Shown here in pieces: positions 18,774-28,000 of a stretch of DNA of 64,000 nt. Source of the DNA: Gemmatimonas sp. (lineage in GTDB: Bacteria > Gemmatimonadota > Gemmatimonadetes > Gemmatimonadales > Gemmatimonadaceae). Positions within the stretch are counted from its first letter, which is position 1; each line of letters starts with the position of its first letter. Both the position numbers and the translations under genes were made by a program. The notes under the pieces were generated by a model. It did no database searches, was not told where the DNA came from, and saw only the letters and a list, made by a program, of their open reading frames with translations. Location of the stretch: the NCBI GenBank assembly GCA_031414535.1, contig JANNVQ010000038.1, forward strand, positions 1 to 64,000, in the 5' to 3' direction.

Positions 18774-20168
18774 TTAGAACGCGGTGACTGCTTGGATCAT
18801 AAACCCGTTGATCTTGAGGCCCGAGCGGATGTCCGAGCGGATGAAGTCCTCGTAGGTCTGATTCATATACTCGGCCTTGAGCAGCAGGCTCGGCGTGATG
18901 AACCAGCCGGCGCTCAGGGCTGTACGGAGGACGCTCGGCTCGGTCGCGATGAAGGTGGGGCCAGGCGTGAAGTAGTTGAAGTTCGTGGCGCCCGCGGTGG
19001 GGGCTTGACCAATCTGACCTTCAACGGTGTTGTAGCGGCCACCCACGTAGAACTTCTCGCCGGCACCGAAGCGATACACCAGCTCGGCCATCATCTGCGT
19101 CACTTCACGATAAGGCGGCGAGACGGCCGGGGTTCCGACTTCCTGACCACGACCCTTCGCCATTTCGTACATGCCGAAGAACTCGAGGCCGTTGAACTTC
19201 ACGAAGGGGTTGATCACGAAGGCCGTGAGCGCATCGCCGAACCCTGGGTTGACGCGGCCCGAGGTGAACTGCGCCGACTCCGTCGCGGTGGTGTTCTCAC
19301 CGACGAAGAAGTAGTTCGAGCCTGCGCGGTCGCCCGAGTACAAGGTGTTGCTGATGGCGCTTTCCTGCCCGCGATACGATGCCGAGAGGCGAACGCGGAG
19401 GTCTTCGCTCAACTGGCGGTCAAATCCGCCCTTCAGGATCACGGCCGGCGAGCGCTTCTGCGGATCCTTGATGTTGCCGCGGATCTCGCCATTGGTCAAC
19501 GCGACGACAGCGAAGAGTCCGTTGGCCTGCACGACGGCCTCGGTGCCGATTTCCGTGGTAAAGGCATCCATCAACGAGTTCTCGGCGAACGGATTGTAGA
19601 GCGCCTGGCCGTTGTCCGTGCGACGGAACTGGAAGTCGCCGTAGTTCACCTGGAAGTGACCGATCTTGAGCGTCGTGTATTCCATGATCTTGTTAAAGAT
19701 CGGCAGGTCAATCGGCGAGGCGTCGATCTGGAGGAAGCCATCCTTTACCCAGGTCTCGTTGTGGTGACGCGACGAGAGGTAGCTGGTGAGCTGGACGCGG
19801 ATTCCGGGGGCCAGCTGCGCGTGTAGGTACATATTGGCGCCAGCGTTATTGAAGCCATTTCCAATGGCCATCAACTGGTTGCGATTCACGCCACCGACGA
19901 GGACCACATCGGCATCGTTCTCGTGGTCGAGACCTTGGAAGCCTTGCGTGAACGCCGCACCCCACTGGACGGCGAAGCCAGTATACGCGACGCCTTCGAC
20001 CTTCGGAGTTTCAAACACATTGATGCCGCGCTTGTCTTGCGGGCGGAGGTACTGGATGACCGTCGGCGGCTGGAAGCGCGCCTGTGCGGTGTCGATGGTC
20101 TGTGCCTGAGCCGGGAGGGCCAAGCCCAGAGCTGCCGAAGCGATAATGGTGTTACGGAGCGAGCGCAT
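18774..20168 (-). CDS. Putative outer-membrane beta-barrel (porin-like) protein
   Basis: Signal peptide ending AQA|Q, amphipathic strands, C-terminal Phe (IQAVTAF); GAGG RBS before ATG 20168. Confidence 0.7.
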   Translation of the reverse strand: MRSLRNTIIASAALGLALPAQAQTIDTAQARFQPPTVIQYLRPQDKRGINVFETPKVEGVAYTGFAVQWGAAFTQGFQGLDHENDADVVLVGGVNRNQLMAIGNGFNNAGANMYLHAQLAPGIRVQLTSYLSSRHHNETWVKDGFLQIDASPIDLPIFNKIMEYTTLKIGHFQVNYGDFQFRRTDNGQALYNPFAENSLMDAFTTEIGTEAVVQANGLFAVVALTNGEIRGNIKDPQKRSPAVILKGGFDRQLSEDLRVRLSASYRGQESAISNTLYSGDRAGSNYFFVGENTTATESAQFTSGRVNPGFGDALTAFVINPFVKFNGLEFFGMYEMAKGRGQEVGTPAVSPPYREVTQMMAELVYRFGAGEKFYVGGRYNTVEGQIGQAPTAGATNFNYFTPGPTFIATEPSVLRTALSAGWFITPSLLLKAEYMNQTYEDFIRSDIRSGLKINGFMIQAVTAF

Positions 20169-20206
20169 GAGGGGTGTCCTCTTTATGTGGATCGGCGGAC
20201 CGCCGA

Positions 20207-20797
20207 TCAGGGTTGGAGCAAAAGATCGAAGTTGACCGTGATTGTGTCGCCGACTTTCATGGTGCCCATCATCAATCGTGGGGGACGTACGCCCCACTGT
20301 GACATCGCGAGCGGGTAGCGTCCGGTTACGCGAAGTGCACCGGCGGCATCGGCGAACTGCACCGGCACCGTAATCGGCTTAGCCTGGCCGTTGATCATCA
20401 GCGTGCCATCGAGTGTGCCGGTGGTCGCCGCAGCCTTGGCAAGCGTGTAGCCGCTGAGCGTGAAACGGATGTACTGGTGCTCCTCGGCGTTGAGCGCGTT
20501 GCGCATATGGTTGTTCATCGTGCGGTTCTCACAATCCAGGCCAGACACCGGGAACGTGAGTTCCACCGTGCGCACCGCTTTGCGACCACCGAGCACGGCT
20601 GCCGCTGCGCCAGCTTCCGCATCAATGGCGGCTTCGATGCTCGGAGCCTTGCAGTCCCAATTGCGCACCGTTGACGTACCGGTGAACCACAGACGGCTTT
20701 CAGGCTTCAGGCGCAGTGAGTCGAACAGCGGGCCAGCTGCGGCCACAAACGCCAAAGCGGCGAAGGCAACCATCCAGCGGGGCGTTGAGACTTTCAT
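20207..20797 (-). CDS. YceI family polyisoprenoid-binding protein
   Basis: SRLWFTGTSTVRNW, MNNHMRNAL, GTLMING, WGVRPP..MMGTMKVGD. Confidence 0.85.
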   Translation of the reverse strand: MKVSTPRWMVAFAALAFVAAAGPLFDSLRLKPESRLWFTGTSTVRNWDCKAPSIEAAIDAEAGAAAAVLGGRKAVRTVELTFPVSGLDCENRTMNNHMRNALNAEEHQYIRFTLSGYTLAKAAATTGTLDGTLMINGQAKPITVPVQFADAAGALRVTGRYPLAMSQWGVRPPRLMMGTMKVGDTITVNFDLLLQP

Positions 20798-20944
20798 TGG
20801 GGGAACTCCGGACAGGGAAACGCCTGCGAGTCGCGGTACTGACGTGACTCTTGAGAGAACAATCGGACTTGGACCAGTAGGCGGCAGTAGGGTGCAACCG
20901 GAACTTGAGTGCGGGGCCAGACTGCCTAGCGCTAGGGGTTTTCC

Positions 20945-21733
20945 CTACGGCTCGCAACTCATGGCCCCGGGGTACCGGGGCGGGCTCACCCATCCCACCA
21001 GCAGCAAGGTGGTGGCGCCCAGCAGAGGCATTTGGCTGACGATGCGCACAGGAACGTGGCAATCGGCGGTGTCAATATTGAAGCGAATGGTGCCGACGCC
21101 GCGGTAGCGCTTGGGATCACGGACATCCATTTCCACGATGCGCGTGCGGAAGATGCCCACGGGGGTTTCCACCAGTTCCTCTCCCATCACCCGGATGGTC
21201 GTCGGATTTCGACTCGCATCAAAATGCCGCGACACCTGATACGTGGTATCGCGGTCGAGGGGGATGGTGCGTAGATAATAGATGAACGACAGCTCGTCCA
21301 AGGGCGCGACTGATCCGAGCGCGTGCCAGTCATCGTGATCCGGCGTCTCATGCTCCTTGGCATCGTACCAAGCCCTGCGGCTCTCGCTCACGACCACCCG
21401 TTCGGAGCTATTGGAGAGCGGGTGGCGTTCGGTCTTCTCGAAGCGTGTGATGGCGAAGCGCTCGGGGTCCAGCCACGACGTGGTCCGATCTGTGGCGCGG
21501 ATGAGGCCTCGTCCCGCGTGCATATCGAAGACTAGGCGCCAGGTGACGACCTCGCCCTCGGTGACGGGGCCCTCGACGCGCATCTGGCCATGGCCAACAT
21601 TGCCGCCACGCGCCACGTGCACGCGGTAATTGAGCGCCTCACCAAGCGGGAATGGCGGCCGCGAGGCGGGGGCGGACTGCGCGGACGCAATCAGTGGAAG
21701 GCAGAGGAGCGCGAGAACGACGCGAGTCAGCAC
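20945..21733 (-). CDS. DUF3108-like exported protein
   Basis: PFPLGEALNYRV, LDELSFIYYLR, ETPVGIFRT pattern; signal peptide. Confidence 0.65.
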   Translation of the reverse strand: MLTRVVLALLCLPLIASAQSAPASRPPFPLGEALNYRVHVARGGNVGHGQMRVEGPVTEGEVVTWRLVFDMHAGRGLIRATDRTTSWLDPERFAITRFEKTERHPLSNSSERVVVSESRRAWYDAKEHETPDHDDWHALGSVAPLDELSFIYYLRTIPLDRDTTYQVSRHFDASRNPTTIRVMGEELVETPVGIFRTRIVEMDVRDPKRYRGVGTIRFNIDTADCHVPVRIVSQMPLLGATTLLLVGWVSPPRYPGAMSCEP

Positions 21734-21811
21734 ACGAGGAAGGGTGTGTGGTGCACAGGCTCGCCGCCATCAGCACTTGGGATGACTCGGAGTCAGGGGT
21801 AGCCCGACTTT

Positions 21812-21906
21812 GGACGGATGACGGATACAACTGCCACATATCTCGAATACGGAAGCGGGAGGTAGCCCGTAAGCCACCCCCCGCTTCCGTCATCCGTCAT
21901 CCGTCC
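21812..21906. repeat. Inverted heptamer arms enclosing a hairpin downstream of pilC
   Basis: ggacggatgacgga (21812) versus tccgtcatccgtcatccgtcc (to 21906); inner stem acggaagcggg / cccgcttccgt. Confidence 0.8.
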
Positions 21907-23103
21907 TTATTGCACCGCGTTAATCATGTCGAAGATTGGCAAGTACATCGCGACGACCATGCCGCCGACGACGACGCCGAGGAACACGATCATCATCGGT
22001 TCCATAAGGGCGAGAAGGCCACCGACCGCCGCGTCCACTTCTTCATCATAGAAGTCGGCAATCTTGCTGAGCATTTCGTCGAGACCACCGGTCTGCTCAC
22101 CGACGGCGATCATTGAAATCACCATTGGCGGAAACACACCAGACTTGGCGAGCGGAGCGGAAATTGTATCACCGCCTGCAATTGAGGCACGGGACGCCAT
22201 GATGGCGTCGGAGACAACACGGTTGCCGGCCGTCTTGGCCGTGATCTCGAGGCCGTCGAGAATGCTGACGCCCGAGCTGATGAGCGTGCCCAAGGTGCGC
22301 GTGAAGCGCGACACCGCCGACTTGCGGAGCACGTCACCGAGCACTGGCGCCTTCAGCAACAGCTTGTCGATGACGAGCTGACCATCGCTGGTCGCGTAGT
22401 AACTCTTGAACGACCGGAAGAGCACCACGCCGCCGATGATGATGGCCCACCAGAAGCCCTGCAGGAACTCCGACATCGCGATGACGATGCGCGTCGGTAG
22501 CGGCAGCGCGAGGCCCACGGACGCGAACATCCGTTGGAAGGTCGGAATGACGAAGAGCAAGAGCACGGTGATGGCCGAGCCGGCGACACCCGAGATGACG
22601 CCGGGGTAAATCATCGCGCCCTTCACCTTGCGGACGAGCGCGTCGTTCTTTTCCATGAACGTCGCGAGGCGCAGCAGAATGGTGTCGAGAATACCGCCGG
22701 CCTCGCCCGCCGCCACCATGTTCACATAGAGCTCGGTGAAGGCGTTGGGGTGCTTGCCGAGGGCGTCGGCCACGGTGTGGCCCGATTCCACGTCAAAGAC
22801 CACCTGACGCGTCACGGCCTGCAACACCGGGTTTTCCGACTGCTTGGATAGAATGTCAAGGGCCTGCACGAGCGGCAGACCCGAGTTAATCATCGTGGAA
22901 AACTGCCGAGTGAAGATCACGATGTCGCGCATCGAGATCGAACCCTTGGTCGTGGGTGCCTTCTTGGACTGCTCCTCGACCTTGACGACGGCCATCCTCA
23001 GCCGCTTGAGCTGATTGACGACGTCTTCCTTGTTCGCGGCCTCCATGGTCGCGGACTTGAGTTCACCGGTGGCGGTGCGGGCGGTGTAGCTAAATGCTGG
23101 CAT
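21907..23103 (-). CDS. pilC: Type IV pilus platform protein PilC (T2SS F family)
   Basis: FTRQFSTMINSGLPL, AGEAGGILD, KGAMIYP, VGEQTGGLDEML. Confidence 0.95.
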   Translation of the reverse strand: MPAFSYTARTATGELKSATMEAANKEDVVNQLKRLRMAVVKVEEQSKKAPTTKGSISMRDIVIFTRQFSTMINSGLPLVQALDILSKQSENPVLQAVTRQVVFDVESGHTVADALGKHPNAFTELYVNMVAAGEAGGILDTILLRLATFMEKNDALVRKVKGAMIYPGVISGVAGSAITVLLLFVIPTFQRMFASVGLALPLPTRIVIAMSEFLQGFWWAIIIGGVVLFRSFKSYYATSDGQLVIDKLLLKAPVLGDVLRKSAVSRFTRTLGTLISSGVSILDGLEITAKTAGNRVVSDAIMASRASIAGGDTISAPLAKSGVFPPMVISMIAVGEQTGGLDEMLSKIADFYDEEVDAAVGGLLALMEPMMIVFLGVVVGGMVVAMYLPIFDMINAVQ

Positions 23104-23129
23104 ATAGAATCCTCCTTAAGGCCTGACGA

Positions 23130-24293
23130 TCATCGACGCGTTCCCGCCACAGCTCCGGGCTTGGACGCCCCACCTGAGGCCGGTCCCTCGTCGGTCACGG
23201 ACTTGCCAATCATGCGCAGGAACTCGTTCGGGTCGCTCGACACGCGCAGACACTCGTCCTCGTCCACTTCGCGCGCCGTGTAGAGGGCGTAGAGCGAGTC
23301 GTTGAGGGTCTGCATGCCGTACTTCTTGCCGGACTGCATCATCGAATAGACTTGGTGAATCTTGTCGTCGCGGATGAGGGCGCGAATGGCCGGCGTCACG
23401 ACCAAAATCTCGGCGGCCATCGCGCGGCCCTTGCCCGATCGCTTGGGCAACAGCGTCTGCGTGATGATGCCCTCGAGCACGAACGAGAGCTGCGCGCGCA
23501 CCTGCGACTGCTGGTGGCTCGGGAAGACGTCAATGATGCGATTGATGGCTTCGGCCGCCGAGTTGGTGTGCAGGGTGGCGAAGGCCAAGTGGCCCGTCTC
23601 GGCGATGGTCAGGCCCGCGTGGATGGTCTCGTGGTCGCGCATTTCGCCAACGAGCACCACGTCCGGATCTTCACGCAGCGCGTACTTGAGCGCCGAGCCG
23701 AAGCTCTTGGTGTCGGAGCCCACCTCGCGCTGGTTGACGATGCACCCCTGATGCTTGTGGATGAACTCGATGGGGTCTTCGACCGTGAGGATATGCCCAC
23801 GGCGCTCGCGGTTGATCTTATCGATCATCGCGGCGAGGGTGGTGGACTTGCCCGAACCCGTGGGACCGGTGACGAGCACGAGGCCGCGCGGCTTCTCGGC
23901 CAGCTTGGCGATGACCGGCGGTAACTTGAGGTCCGCAAAAGTCTTGATGGAGAACGGAATCTGCCGCAGCACGATGGACACGCAACCGCGCTGCTTGAAG
24001 CAGTTGCCGCGGAAACGTGCGAGATTTTGGATGCCGAACGAGAAGTCCAGCTCGTCATCCATCTCGAAACGCTTCTTCTGGTTCTCCGTGAGCACCGAGT
24101 ACGCCAACTGCAGCGTGTCCTTGGGCTGCAGCACGACTTCGCCCTTGGACGGCACGATGTCGCCGTCAATGCGCATCATCGGCCGTGCACCGGCGGTGAT
24201 GTGGAGGTCGGAGGCGCCGCGTTCGATCATTTCTTCGAGCAGGACTCGGAGATTGACGGCTTGGGCGGGGGGTGCGGCTTGGGGAGCGGTCAT
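23130..24293 (-). CDS. pilT: Type IV pilus retraction ATPase PilT
   Basis: GASDLH, GPTGSGKSTT, EDPIEF, REDPD, TLHTNS, AIRALIRD; start reassigned to 24293. Confidence 0.95.
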   Translation of the reverse strand: MTAPQAAPPAQAVNLRVLLEEMIERGASDLHITAGARPMMRIDGDIVPSKGEVVLQPKDTLQLAYSVLTENQKKRFEMDDELDFSFGIQNLARFRGNCFKQRGCVSIVLRQIPFSIKTFADLKLPPVIAKLAEKPRGLVLVTGPTGSGKSTTLAAMIDKINRERRGHILTVEDPIEFIHKHQGCIVNQREVGSDTKSFGSALKYALREDPDVVLVGEMRDHETIHAGLTIAETGHLAFATLHTNSAAEAINRIIDVFPSHQQSQVRAQLSFVLEGIITQTLLPKRSGKGRAMAAEILVVTPAIRALIRDDKIHQVYSMMQSGKKYGMQTLNDSLYALYTAREVDEDECLRVSSDPNEFLRMIGKSVTDEGPASGGASKPGAVAGTRR

Positions 24294-24297
24294 TAAA

Positions 24298-24432
<135 letters not shown>

Positions 24433-24433
24433 A

Positions 24434-26269
24434 TTACGCGCTTGTTTCGGTGATGACCTGCTCCAGTGAAGTAATGCCCTTCCACACCTTGACCAAGCCG
24501 TCCATACGCAGCGTTAGCATGCCTTCCTCGATGGCGAAGTCCTTGATCTCGGCGGCGCCGACATTTTGCAGAATCAGCTTGCGCAGGCCGGGCGTCATGT
24601 TGAGCACTTCGTAGGCGCCTTGGCGACCGCGCGAGCCAGAGCCCTTGCACTTGTCGCAGCCTTTGCCGCGGAAGAACGGCATGTCTACGACCTTGGTGTC
24701 GAGCGTGATGTTGGCCAGCAGAGGCTTCACATCTTCCGGCGCACGGGTCTTGAGGCCAGCGATCGCGTCCTCTTTGAATCGGATCTCGCCGATCGTGGTC
24801 GTATTCGTCCACTTGGCGGCCGCGATTTCCTCGTCCGACAGGCGATACTGCTCCTTGCAGTTGCTGCAAATGCGGCGCAACAAACGCTGCGCCAGCACGA
24901 GGTTCAACGCCGAGCTCACGTTGAAGGGCTCGAGTCCCATGTCCAACAGACGCGTGATGGTCTCGGCCGTGGAATTCGTGTGCAGCGTGGAGAGCACCAA
25001 GTGACCCGTGAGCGCGGCCTTGATGGCGATGCCACCCGTCTCGAGGTCACGGATTTCGCCGACCATGATGATGTTCGGATCCTGACGCAAGAACGCCTTC
25101 AGTGCGGCCGCGAATGTCATGCCGATTTCGTTGCGCACCAACACCTGATTGACGCCGTAGAGGTTGTACTCCACGGGGTCCTCGGCGGTCATGATGTTCG
25201 TCTCGACCTTGTTGATGAGCATGATGCTCGAATACAGCGTGGTCGTCTTGCCGGAACCTGTGGGGCCCGTGACGAGCACCATGCCGTAGGGGCTCCGCAC
25301 CGCGTGCATCAAGTCGCGCTCGGCGGCCGGCTCGATGCCAAGCTTATCGAGATCCATCAGGTTGTTCTGCGCGAGAATACGCAGCACGACCTTCTCGCCA
25401 AACAGCGTGGGCAAGGTGGAGACGCGGAAGTCCACCACCTTGTTGGCGGCGAGCTTGAGCTTGATGCGCCCGTCCTGGGGAACGCGGCGCTCGGCGATGT
25501 TGAGCGCGCTCATAATCTTGAAGCGCGAAATGAGCGCCGGCTGCATCTTCTTCGGCGGCTTCATCACTTCTTCGAGGTGTCCGTCCACGCGATACCGCAC
25601 GCGTAGATCCTTCTCGAAGCACTCGAAGTGGATGTCCGACGCACCCATCTTCACGGCGTTGGTGAGGATGGCATTGATGAGCTTCACGACTGGGGCATCG
25701 TCCACGGCGGCGGCCAACGCCGTCGCCGACATTTCCTCTTCTTTCTCCTGCAGGACCTCGATGTCGCCGTCGCCGCCCTCGAGTTCCTCGATCTCGGTGA
25801 GCAACGCCGACATCTGCACGTCGTTCGAGTCGTAGTGCTTCTCGATGACGTTGCGCAACGTGAACTCGCCCGCGATGACCGGGAAGATGTCGTAGCGCGT
25901 GATGAACTTGAGGTCTTCGATGACGCCGAGGTTGGTCGGGTCGGCCATGGCGACCGTGAGCGTGCGGCCGTCGCGCTTCAGCGGGAGCACGAGGTTCTTC
26001 ACGGCGAGGTCCGCCGGCACCAGCTTCACGATCTTGCTGTCTACCTCGAACTTCGAGAGGTCCACGGCCGGCATCTTGAACTGACGCGCCAGCGTTCGGG
26101 TGAGCTCGTTTTCCTGGATGAAGCCGAGCTTCACCAAGTTGTAGCCCACGCGCGTCCCGTTCTGGCGTTGCTCATCGAGCGCCTTCTGGAGTTGCTCCCG
26201 CGTGATGAGCCCCTCCTTGAGTAGGAGATCGCCAATCCGCTCACCACCTGCGCTTGCCGCTGCGGTCAT
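24434..26269 (-). CDS. pilB: Type IV pilus assembly ATPase PilB with N-terminal MshEN domain
   Basis: RIGDLLLKEGLI..., ASDIHFE, GPTGSGKTTT, RQDPN, two CxxC motifs. Confidence 0.95.
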   Translation of the reverse strand: MTAAASAGGERIGDLLLKEGLITREQLQKALDEQRQNGTRVGYNLVKLGFIQENELTRTLARQFKMPAVDLSKFEVDSKIVKLVPADLAVKNLVLPLKRDGRTLTVAMADPTNLGVIEDLKFITRYDIFPVIAGEFTLRNVIEKHYDSNDVQMSALLTEIEELEGGDGDIEVLQEKEEEMSATALAAAVDDAPVVKLINAILTNAVKMGASDIHFECFEKDLRVRYRVDGHLEEVMKPPKKMQPALISRFKIMSALNIAERRVPQDGRIKLKLAANKVVDFRVSTLPTLFGEKVVLRILAQNNLMDLDKLGIEPAAERDLMHAVRSPYGMVLVTGPTGSGKTTTLYSSIMLINKVETNIMTAEDPVEYNLYGVNQVLVRNEIGMTFAAALKAFLRQDPNIIMVGEIRDLETGGIAIKAALTGHLVLSTLHTNSTAETITRLLDMGLEPFNVSSALNLVLAQRLLRRICSNCKEQYRLSDEEIAAAKWTNTTTIGEIRFKEDAIAGLKTRAPEDVKPLLANITLDTKVVDMPFFRGKGCDKCKGSGSRGRQGAYEVLNMTPGLRKLILQNVGAAEIKDFAIEEGMLTLRMDGLVKVWKGITSLEQVITETSA

Positions 26270-26371
26270 TCGTAAGGCACGGGACGGGGCGCACCCAGCC
26301 CACCGGGGAACGCCCGAGACGGGTCCGACTGCGCGTGACAGGGTGAAGGTGGACGGGGGAACGCATAGGTG

Positions 26372-26857
26372 TCAAGGATGTAGACCACGCGATTGGGCTC
26401 CTGAGGCACGCGGACGCCGCGGCGGCGCTGAAAAGCGGACAAACGGAGCCAGTTTTGCCGCCAAGGCGGGTCCGATGCCGCGGACCTCCTGTAAGGCGTC
26501 CAAGGACCCAAATGGACCGCGGCTGGACCGGTCCTCCACGATGCGTCTCGCCAAGGCGGGGCCGATCCCAGGCAGCGCGTCCAGTTCCGCTTCGCTGGCC
26601 CGGTCGAGGTCGAGGACCGCGGCCGGTTGCACGGGGCGGCGCGTCGCCTGCGCGGTGCTCGGCGCACGGCTCTTGCTCCGGCCTCTTCCGCCCCTGCTCA
26701 CGGCGGAGTCCACGGCCGCAATCTGCGAAGCCAAGGTCTGGCGTTCGGTGGCGGCAATCGCCTCCGGGCGCAAAGCGCGAAGGCCGCGCACCCCAAGGCC
26801 TAGCGCGGCAACGGCTGCTACGAAAAGCAGGGCGCGGCGTTCTGACGGGGTCGGCAC
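26372..26857 (-). CDS. comEA: ComEA-like helix-hairpin-helix DNA-binding protein
   Basis: N-terminal TM; LDLDRASEAELDALPGIGPALARRIV and VRGIGP HhH motifs. Confidence 0.85.
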   Translation of the reverse strand: MPTPSERRALLFVAAVAALGLGVRGLRALRPEAIAATERQTLASQIAAVDSAVSRGGRGRSKSRAPSTAQATRRPVQPAAVLDLDRASEAELDALPGIGPALARRIVEDRSSRGPFGSLDALQEVRGIGPALAAKLAPFVRFSAPPRRPRASGAQSRGLHP

Positions 26858-26955
26858 GGTGCACAATGCCGAGCGACACGCCGTGAACCAACATCTTCAT
26901 CACGCCCGATGTAGCCGAACTCCGGCGCCCATCATCGAGCTCGCCCCGAACCCAA

Positions 26956-27903
26956 CTACATCCCTCGAAGCACCGCCACAGCCACGTCGCCCACCACCTG
27001 TAGCGTGACCGCCGACACCTTGTCCGCTGTATCCTCGGGCGTGTGGTGGTAGGCGTAGTCGAGGTCAATGATGTCAATGACCTTCAGGCCCTTCTCGATG
27101 AGCGGGACGTGGTCGTCGGTAATCGGCCCATACTCGCGCGTGGGGAAATACGCAGCGTGACCAATCTGTTGCGCGGTGCCCCAGACACGTTGCAGGACCT
27201 CGGGCGCGGCCCGCAACGAGTGCGACTCGTACAGGAAACGCGCGTTGGGTTCTCCCACCATATCGAACAGGACGCCGAAGGCCGGCGCGTATCCCGAAGG
27301 CATGTTGGCCGCGAAGTGCTTGGCGCCAATCAAGACGTCCCTGTTGTCGTCAAAATCGCCCCAGTCTTCGCCATCCACAAAGAGCAAATCCACGCCAATC
27401 TCGGTTTTGCGCGCCTTAAGGGCGTCCGCGACGCCGATGAGCACAGCCACGCCGGAGGCACCATCATTGGCCCCTGGAGTCGGCTGCTCGCGTGCCGCTG
27501 GGCTTGTCGCCTTCTCTGCCGTGGGTCGCGAGTCCCAATGCGCGAGGTAGAGGACGCGCGTGGTGGCGGCTGGATTGAAGCGCGCCAAGACGTTGCGCAT
27601 GGGCAGGCGCTTGCCGTCGGCGGTGACGTGCGTCCAACTCTGCACGATTACCGTGTCTGCCCGCTCGCGCATCTGGGCCACGATCCAGTCGCCGGCGTTG
27701 CGATGCGCAGCCGTGCCTGGGACGCGCGGGCCGAAAGCCATCTGCGTGTTGACGTAGTCCAGTGCCTTTGCACCGTCAAATTCGCGCGTCATCACGGGAA
27801 TCGGCTGTGAATTGCCCGTCTCGGACGCTTCTGAGCCTCCGCAGGCGAGGACGAGCACAGCAAGGGCGGCAGGGCGACGCAGGATGGCGAGAGAGGAAGG
27901 CAT
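26956..27903 (-). CDS. M28 family lipoprotein, glutaminyl-peptide cyclotransferase-like
   Basis: VLA-C lipobox; FGPRVPGT, AHWDSRP, GANDGASG, DGEDWG, FDMVG, DDH, HHTPED. Confidence 0.8.
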   Translation of the reverse strand: MPSSLAILRRPAALAVLVLACGGSEASETGNSQPIPVMTREFDGAKALDYVNTQMAFGPRVPGTAAHRNAGDWIVAQMRERADTVIVQSWTHVTADGKRLPMRNVLARFNPAATTRVLYLAHWDSRPTAEKATSPAAREQPTPGANDGASGVAVLIGVADALKARKTEIGVDLLFVDGEDWGDFDDNRDVLIGAKHFAANMPSGYAPAFGVLFDMVGEPNARFLYESHSLRAAPEVLQRVWGTAQQIGHAAYFPTREYGPITDDHVPLIEKGLKVIDIIDLDYAYHHTPEDTADKVSAVTLQVVGDVAVAVLRGM

Positions 27904-28000
27904 CTGTGGGAGGCTTTGGGAGGGGCTCGGGCGCGTTCTTTCGGGGTATACCTGCGGCGGCACCTTGCCCGGCCATCAATAGCTAGTGGAATATACCCCA

